Shown: positions 1-5,646 of the stretch, one piece after another
Layout: each line of letters starts with the position of its first letter
Position numbering within the stretch: position 1 is the first letter of the stretch
NCBI GenBank assembly: GCA_051294375.1
Contig: JBJCIZ010000679.1
Coordinates: forward strand, 1-5,646
DNA length: 5,646 nt
Reading direction: 5' to 3'
Origin: Paraspadella gotoi
Lineage: Eukaryota; Animalia; Chaetognatha
Notes under the pieces: generated by a model
Told to the model about the DNA's origin: nothing
What the model saw: only the letters and a program-made list of their open reading frames with translations
Database searches by the model: none
Made by a program: the position numbers and the translations under genes

Positions 1-1
1 G

Positions 2-316
2 TCCATAAACTCTTTCAAATTTGCAGCCAGCTTCACGCGCTGAGTCCTCCTCCATCATGACGATTGTTATGCCTGTCATCTCACTCAGCATCTCCAACTC
101 GGGATGGCCCAGACTCCAGTCTTTCGCGGATATTGTCCTGATGAAGGTGTCCGCGTCTTTCGTCTTTGGTTTACCATATAGTTTTTCAACATTGGTTTTT
201 ATTGACGCAAATCTTTGTCGTACGAATTCAAAGAATTTAGTCCTGAACGATTTGGTTTCCTCTTCCAGCATTTGTGCAATCAGCGCCAAGGTGGGTGCAT
301 GTCCTGTTACTAGATC
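2..316 (-). other. OTU-like (ovarian tumour deubiquitinase fold) domain, partial, probably lacking catalytic Cys
   Basis: Hand translation: DLVTGHAPTLALIAQMLEEETKSFRTKFFEFVRQRFASIKTNVEKLYGKPKTKDADTFIRTISAKDWSLGHPELEMLSEMTGITIVMMEEDSAREAGCKFERVYG. The pattern parallels OTU (A..L...R...Y/F..I....WGG..E...LS......I.V.......FG). Confidence 0.55.
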
Positions 317-439
317 CAGATGCTCTGGTGTCACATGATCTTGTACAGGGTTTTCGGCAAAGCCCGGCTCGTATCGCCATCAACGTCAAAACCTGCTGGG
401 AAAAAGGGTGTCCAAAGGTGTGACTTGACCCTGTTCGGT

Positions 440-820
440 GAAGCGTGTTAGAAAATCGGCAGGATTGTCTTCACTCTTCACTAGTACGACTTCTTTTGGC
501 TGGCATTCCTGTCGGATTTCCGTTACCCATCTGAGGACGTTCGTCGGTAGCATCTGTTGTCGATCGTGTTGGAGATCCATCACCCTTTTAAAGTACTGAG
601 AATCGGTTACCAAGGTTACTCTCCTGCCGCACGTGTAGCCTTTGAACTTGCGAACCATCATGTTAAACGCAAGAGTCTCAAGGACGTTGATATGTTTTAT
701 CCTATATTCCTCGGGGAAGGATTTTGGAGTGAAAAGATAACGATATTCGACGCCGTTGGCTGTGGCTGTGATCAGCCCTCCCATTGCGCTCGTACTGGCG
801 TCCGCCGTAAATTCTGTAAG
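440..820 (-). other. RNase H domain (LTR-retroelement type)
   Basis: Removing one extra G at 805-806 gives RIYADASTSAMGGLI; followed by HINVLE, LVTDS and SEDNPADFLTR. All four acidic catalytic positions are present. Confidence 0.9.
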
Positions 821-1089
821 ATCCGTTTCTGATTCTGGCGTCGTTCAGAAAGTTTAATCCTGGACATGCTTTGATTTCGTCAACGAGGGTTTGGAGCATT
901 TCGATGTGTTTTTCGGAAAGCTTAAAGTCTTTCTTGTCAAGTAGGGTCAGGGCATGGAGAGGCTGGGCGATGTAAGAGAATCGATGAGTAAAACATCTGT
1001 AATAGTTTAGTGACGCTAGCATGGCTCTCAACTCCTTCTGGGTTTTGAGGGTTTTGAGCTTTAGCTCGACGGCCTGCAGCTTCTCCTTC

Positions 1090-1760
1090 TGTGGAAGGAG
1101 TCTGCTCTTGGAGATGCTGAAACCCAAGATTTTGATGTCCTCCTTCCTGAGGAGGACGCTCTTTGTCCATTTGAGGACGACATTCTCGTCTCGGCATCTT
1201 TGCAGAAGGTCCCGGAGCCTTTGTGCCATGTCCTCTGGTGACTTTGCCGTGAGGATGAGGTCGTCGCGTGGAAGATCTCGTCCAATATTGCCTGTAGTAC
1301 GTTCACACTGTTTACTCTCCCATCGGTAGCTTATTCATCCACCAGTTGTGACCTGCACCCGCGAAGGTTGTGACGGGTTTGCAGCGTTCGGTCAGGTTGA
1401 CCTGGTGAAAGCAAGCTAAAATGTCGACGGAGCATTGTAGTTCGTGTGGCTTGTATTGCTCCAAGATTGAGGCAATTGTCTGTGGTTCTGTTGCATACGT
1501 CGATATGTTGTTGTTGACGGCGGAGAGATCGCAGATGAGTCGCCATTGTTTTGCAAATGTTTCATCGCTCATTTCATCCTGCCCTTCAGCGACGTGACCC
1601 GGTTTTTTTATGAGGAAAGCATTGGAATAAGCCTCATTTCTTGTGCTGGATACGATGCCTGCTTTTTCATATACCTCGAGGTACCTTTTTAACGCAGCCT
1701 TCTTTACAGGGCCTTGGTTCGCAAATCTTGGCTTGGGCAGGTCGTCAGTAGTATATCCAA
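1090..1760 (-). other. Reverse transcriptase domain, split by two lesions
   Basis: GIVSS...YSNAFLIKK...WRLICDLSAVN...SVDILACFHQV (Asp at 1425-1423)...TTF...LPMG/xVNSVNVLQAILDEIFH/DDLILTA (DD at 1265-1260)...K..L....ILGFSIS. Confidence 0.93.
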
Positions 1761-2459
1761 GGTCCACCTTATAATTGAGGAAACCTTCTTTGCAATCATT
1801 TATTGTTTCCCCAAAGACATCACGGAATTCCCACACGATCTCCCACACTAGGTGTGCTTTGTCTTGGAGTGATGGGTCGACATCTTTGAAGGGTTTTAAG
1901 AAGGCCTCTTTTTTGTTCGGGCCTCCTTGACTGCCTTGATCTCCTCCTCCTTGGTTTATGATGCACGATTTGATCTTTCCTCACTTTTCTGAGTAATGGT
2001 TTTTCCCCAGTTAGGTCTGCTTGTACAGGTTCTGCTGTGGAACCAGTTTCCAAACCTAATTCAGTTTTAGCCTCGTTTGTGATCAAGGGTCTTGCCAATC
2101 CCCAGGGTCCTGGGTTGGCATCGAATTCGATGCCTTCCCTCAGCAGGTCCCCATCCACAACGTGTGCTCTTTCTCCATCAGCGGATTCGATTATCCATCG
2201 CGTGCCGGCAAGTGTTTTCCAGTAGGATCTGGTGGAGGTCAGTTTGACCCTTCCATCTGCATTGTGCTCGGNNNNNNNNNNNNNNNNTGTGTGCTCATCC
2301 ACGTTTCCCCTGGCTAACCATCTGGCTGCTTTTAAAGCTTCGTACTTATCACGGAAGAGATGGGTGATGGGTCTGTTTCCCATGGATGCAATTTGTAGGT
2401 CGTGCCTTTGGTTTGATGGTTGAACTACCCATAGTTGATCTGGTGGCCCGGGGTTTGTG

Positions 2460-2730
2460 ACTGCTGTTCCGATAATGACATCCTGGTCATTTTCATCCGC
2501 AGAGACGTAGAAGACCGTCCTTAAAACCCATTTTTGGAACATAATCCTGAGGTTTATTCTTTCAGTGAGGGTTATTGTTCCGGTGGCCGTTGACAATCTC
2601 AACGGGGTTCCGTGGTAGATGTGCTTCGATAAAGCCCATTTCTCGATGAATTTTCGCGGGATGGTATTGACGGATGCTCCTGTATCATACAGGCAGCTGG
2701 CCGGTGTTCCCGCGATGACAGCCGGTATGT
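2460..2730 (-). other. Retropepsin-type aspartic protease domain
   Basis: YIPAVIAGTPASCLYDTGASVNTI (DTG at 2686-2678), flap-like LSTATG, FYV and C-terminal DVIIGT. Confidence 0.9.
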
Positions 2731-3611
2731 AGCTGTTCTTTCCCGTGTGACACCTTTTGGCAGTGTCATCTCTGGGTTCAGGTCCCTCATTTCCCTTTAT
2801 TATGTTGGTGATTTTTTCAGGAAGGCTGGGCATCTCCTTTTCATCTTTAGTGGTCTCTGGGGTGGCTTGTGGAGTGAGGAAGAATTCTGGCTGGTGGCAG
2901 TCCAATTCCACCCGCCTGATGGTCGCCTGATGAAGAGATTCACCCATTTGTTTCCCAGCTACTATTTGGTAGGTTGGGTTGTTTAAGGTTCCAATGGGTC
3001 GAAGTTTCCTTAGGCTTGGCTTTTCCCCACGTTTGACTGGGTTTGGCCTATTCTTCTGTTTGTTTGCTAGGCCAGGGTCCCTGGGTGGGCTTGGTTCAGA
3101 TTCGAGAGTTTGGCAAGGATTTGGATTGAGCTCCAGGCTTAGGCTTGTAGAGCTTAAGTTGACCGGAGGGCGCGGTTTTGGATGCTGATCCTCTTCCCTA
3201 CTTGCTCTTCTGAATAGCTTGGCGCAGGCTTTGGACCTTGTGATGATGGCCCTCCTTCCAGAGTTATCCATTTCACCCCACTCTTTCCAGCCTAATTTAT
3301 GCAGGTGTTTGCTAGCGAGGGCCAGCTCCCTTGCTTCCAGAGGTTTGAACAGTTTGAACATTCGCGATGCCGTTGATTTTCCTCTTAATTTATTTGCTAT
3401 TTCAGCAAGTGATCTTATTTTTGTTATTAGGTTTTGTTGACACTTTGTGTGTTACTTCCATGACTTTTTTTCCAAGTGTTTGATATTTTTCTTTTAATTG
3501 TTGTTGTAGTTCTTTTTCAATCTTCGCCTTTTTGTTTTAAAACGCGGCCATCATCTTTTTTGGCATTGAGTTCATGGGACAATCGAATGTCGCGTCTTTG
3601 TCCAAACATGG

Positions 3612-3655
3612 GGCCTTTGTATGGCCTTTGTATGGCCTTTGTATGGCCTTTGCAT
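3612..3655. repeat. 11-bp tandem repeat x4 near the gag 3' end
   Basis: GGCCTTTGTAT at 3612, 3623 and 3634, and GGCCTTTGCAT at 3645. Confidence 0.95.
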
Positions 3656-4473
3656 GGGCGTTCAGAGCTGCGTCGTTCTTGGCGTTCTTGTGGTGGTATT
3701 GGGTGGCCCGATTTGGCCTGGCTAGCACTTTAGCTCCTCCATGCTTTTCTTTCATGTTTTTGAGTTTCTGGAGCATTGAACCTTGGTAGAAGGCACTGGA
3801 ATCGGAGATTGGGTCCTGATCGGTACAGCCTTCAAGCACCAAGGTGCTGACGAGTTTTTCTGGGTTGTCCTCTGAGATTGTNNNNNNNNNNGCATTGTTG
3901 GGTTTTCTTTTTAGGTATCCGCGGAGTTTGTACTCAATGATCTTTCCAAGTTGTCGGAGTTCTCCTCTCTCCAGTATCTGGGTCCACTCTAGGGTTTCAG
4001 ATGTAATGCCGGGCACATAAGGCTCAAGGGCCTCCACAAGCATTTGGGCAACATAGTCGGGAATGGAGGCCTTTGTCCTTTTCCCTGACAGTTTCGAAGT
4101 TTTCTCTGGCAGCATTGACAAGGGCAATGCCGTACTTGGCATGCACACGTGGATCCACTTCGATCTTTGCCTCGACGAGTGCTTCGGTGATCGTGATTGA
4201 GGACCCTTCACAGAGCTCGCGCAATCCCAGCCACATAGATTNNNNNNNNNNCACAATAAACCTATTGGCAACCTTGTCCCGAGCAAGGAGGGCGCGTAGT
4301 TGATGATCAATCTTGGCAGGGGGTATTTGGGAATCCTTGAAGGCCTCATAAAAGCTTCTCAAAATCTTCTGGCGATTCATCTGGCCTTCTTTTTTCCAAT
4401 TTGATGGGGTATTCCACTAGAGTTAAAGAGGGTGGTTCAATTTTATTTTTTTCCAATAGTGTTGTTTTTGTGG

Positions 4474-4554
4474 GCGTGAAGCAGCCTTCTTCAGAGGATT
4501 GCGTGAAGCAGCCTTCTTCAGAGGATTGCGTGAAGCAGCCTTCTTCAGAGGATT
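4474..4554. repeat. Perfect 27-bp tandem repeat x3, in frame in gag (QSSEEGCFT)3
   Basis: GCGTGAAGCAGCCTTCTTCAGAGGATT at 4474, 4501 and 4528. Confidence 0.97.
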
Positions 4555-5103
4555 GCTTCTTGAAGGGGTTGTAGGCCTGCTCCGGATGGTCCACTCCAGT
4601 GAGAACGGGGTAGAGCGGTTGGGGAGGAGCTGGTTGTGAGTTTCCAATCAATCTTGTTTTGTTTTTCACTTCATTGAAGTTGGCCATCATGGTCTTCATC
4701 ATATGATGAAGGTTGTCCATCTTGGAGCCGAGGGTCTCTCCACTGGCTTTGACCTTCTGGCTCAGAATGGCGAGGTGTTGCTTGTTGGCCATGTTTGCAT
4801 CATCGACAATCTTCAAGATTTGGTTGGTGATTTCAGCTTGGTCATTGTCCAATTGGCAGTGATCCCGGAGAGCTCCATCCAGCTTGAATGTTTGGAACTC
4901 CAATTTTTCTTGGACACTGCTACCGTCTTCTGTGCTCGCGGCGCCCATGTCTGGCGCCTCAGCCCCTTTTTTCGATTTGAAAAATTTCCATCCCGGTTTG
5001 GGTGAAGAAATGTTAGGGGCAGAGTTGTTGTCCATCTTCTTTGGGGGTGGCGTAGTTGGTGGTGTGGTAAGGCTTGGTTCTTCTTGGAGACGTGGTGAGT
5101 CGA

Positions 5104-5121
5104 GTCCACTTTCTGTCACCA
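5104..5121 (-). promoter_or_regulatory. Primer binding site, tRNA-Leu-like
   Basis: Minus strand reads TGGTGACAGAAAGTGGACTCGA, starting with TGG (complement of CCA) and resembling the complement of a eukaryotic tRNA-Leu 3' end as recalled (TGGTGTCAGAAGTGGGATTCGA); lies between the LTR-like region and gag. Confidence 0.7.
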
Positions 5122-5166
5122 CATTTAAGTAAGTAGACAGGGATTTCTACATGAAATCAAAGTGGA

Positions 5167-5172
5167 TTTAAT
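5167..5172 (-). terminator. Candidate LTR polyadenylation signal ATTAAA
   Basis: ATTAAA on the minus strand 45 nt downstream of the predicted start site and ~45 nt before the PBS, consistent with the R/U5 region. Short motif that could occur by chance. Confidence 0.4.
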
Positions 5173-5213
5173 CATCAGAAAATAGACATGAAGACGGTGT
5201 CAATATTTGGACA

Positions 5214-5247
5214 GAATGAATCAAAGCAGAAACAGAGGCTATTTATA
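5214..5247 (-). promoter_or_regulatory. Pol II core promoter: TATA box (TATAAATA, 5247-5240) and initiator (TCATTC, 5219-5214)
   Basis: The first T of the TATA box is 30 nt upstream of the A (5217) in TCATTC, which fits the TCAKTY/YYANWYY initiator consensus; oriented towards gag. Confidence 0.7.
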
Positions 5248-5270
5248 ATGGGCAAGTAGACGAAGCCAGA

Positions 5271-5407
5271 TTCCTCTTCCGGAATCCTCCTCTTCCTCTT
5301 CTGGAACCTCTTTTCCTCTTCCGGAAACTATTGTTCCTTTACTGGATTTGGCTTCCAAAATCCCGTTCGAAATCATTCCAGAATCTTCTTCCTCTTCCGG
5401 AATCCTC
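5271..5407. promoter_or_regulatory. Repeated U3 motif array TTCCTCTTCnnGAA with heat-shock-element-like sites
   Basis: TTCCGGAA at 5277, 5319 and 5395; TTCTGGAA at 5299; TTCCAGAA at 5376. 19-bp direct repeat TTCCTCTTCCGGAATCCTC at 5271-5289 and 5389-5407. Perfect three-unit TTCcaGAAtcTTC at 5376-5388. Confidence 0.55.
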
Positions 5408-5449
5408 TTCCTATCCTTTCCTCTGTTTCCGGGTTTCATTCATCTGTGA

Positions 5450-5646
5450 TGAGATAAAAAATGATTAAATATATACATTAAAAATATTTATAATTGAATA
5501 ATAGTATAAATTATCAGAATAAACAAAAAAAGTAATGTTTAATTTGACTATATCTCTCTTATCAACTCCTATTTATAGATATAATTTGCCAATAGCTGGG
5601 ACAACCGGTTCCAGAAAGTACAATAATAAATAAATACAAATTTATT
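5450..5646. other. AT-rich non-coding flank, probably host DNA
   Basis: Abrupt drop in GC content, no ORFs in the track. Confidence 0.6.

Larger units (their letters stand above)
2..3450 (-). pseudogene. pol: pol polyprotein, disrupted (spacer-PR-spacer-RT-connection-RNase H-OTU-like domain)
   Basis: ORFs 1820-3361, 1312-1848, part of 1061-1306, 702-1229, 386-784 and open frame 2-379 join into one polyprotein with breaks at ~1915-1960, ~1316, ~1267, ~806 and ~380-400. Confidence 0.88.
2272..4251. other. Three short N runs (2272-2287, 3882-3891, 4242-4251)
   Basis: 16, 10 and 10 undetermined bases; reading frames stay open across them. Confidence 0.95.
3537..5035 (-). pseudogene. gag: gag-like region, frameshifted (joins ORFs 4346-5122, 4024-4380 and 3537-4349)
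   Basis: Position between PBS and protease; first in-frame ATG after the PBS at 5035 (MDNNSAP); coiled-coil-like segment, Pro-rich linker, helical core and basic low-complexity tail. Frame switches near 4360 (TTTT run, PEDF>LRSFYEAF) and ~4070-4090. No CCHC knuckle seen. Identity is by position, not by recognised homology. Confidence 0.7.
1..5445 (-). mobile_element. LTR retrotransposon, Ty3/Gypsy-like order (LTR-PBS-gag-PR-RT-RNase H-extra domain), cut off by the left window edge; disrupted copy
   Basis: Collinear minus-strand motifs: protease CLYDTGAS...DVIIG, RT WRLICDL/SVDILACFHQV/TTF/LPMG/DDLIL/ILGF, RNase H DAS/LE/TDS/NPAD; PBS and Pol II promoter upstream. PR-RT-RH with no integrase before RT excludes Ty1/Copia. 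Right boundary estimated only from the shift to AT-rich sequence. Confidence 0.9.
5122..5445 (-). repeat. Probable 5' LTR (U3-R-U5); boundaries approximate
   Basis: Lies immediately 5' of the PBS; contains repeated enhancer-like motifs, TATA, initiator and ATTAAA in the expected order; composition changes at ~5445-5450. The second LTR is outside the window, so the direct repeat cannot be verified. Confidence 0.65.

Noticed and set aside
2-379. Integrase N-terminus
   Set aside because: No HHCC zinc-binding pattern or DDE core motifs in the open frame.
380-388. Two in-frame TGAs as evidence of stop-codon reassignment or readthrough
   Set aside because: TGG and TGT/TGC are used for Trp and Cys, and the long ORFs contain no internal TGA; compensating indels via the FPAGFDVDGDT frame are simpler.
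700-1850. Prokaryotic RT system (retron, DGR, group II intron)
   Set aside because: Linked retropepsin, RNase H, PBS and Pol II promoter indicate an LTR-type element.
4474-4554. 27-bp repeats as a CRISPR array
   Set aside because: Head-to-tail with no spacers, in frame within a coding region, eukaryotic retroelement context.
5036-5122. GTG start at 5122 for gag
   Set aside because: It overlaps the PBS; the ATG at 5035 is the more plausible eukaryotic start.
21-5132. Plus-strand ORFs in the track (e.g. 21-338, 557-832, 1021-1329, 4703-5005)
   Set aside because: Antisense shadows of the minus-strand gag/pol frames, many with non-ATG starts and no recognisable motifs.
5239-5439. 66-aa minus-strand ORF (PEEEEDSG repeats)
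   Set aside because: Lies upstream of the predicted transcription start and simply reflects the purine-rich U3 repeats.

Overview
The window holds the 5' ~5.4 kb of a divergent eukaryotic LTR retroelement (Ty3/Gypsy-type domain order) on the minus strand, followed by ~200 bp of AT-rich flank. Reading the minus strand from right to left: a probable 5' LTR (~5122-5445) with heat-shock-element-like TTCnnGAA repeats, a TATA box, an initiator 30 nt downstream and an ATTAAA signal; a tRNA-Leu-like primer binding site (5104-5121); a gag-like region with a coiled coil, an LYPxL motif and two tandem repeats; then pol with aspartic protease (DTG), reverse transcriptase and RNase H. The frames are broken by several small indels, a deletion at the RT YxDD motif and three N runs, so this is a decayed copy or an error-prone assembly/consensus. 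The most unusual element is missed by the ORF track: a 126-codon minus-strand open frame (2-379) directly after RNase H, where integrase would normally begin, that resembles an OTU deubiquitinase-fold domain apparently lacking its catalytic Cys. Integrase and the 3' LTR are not in the window. All family assignments are by motif recognition, not database search.
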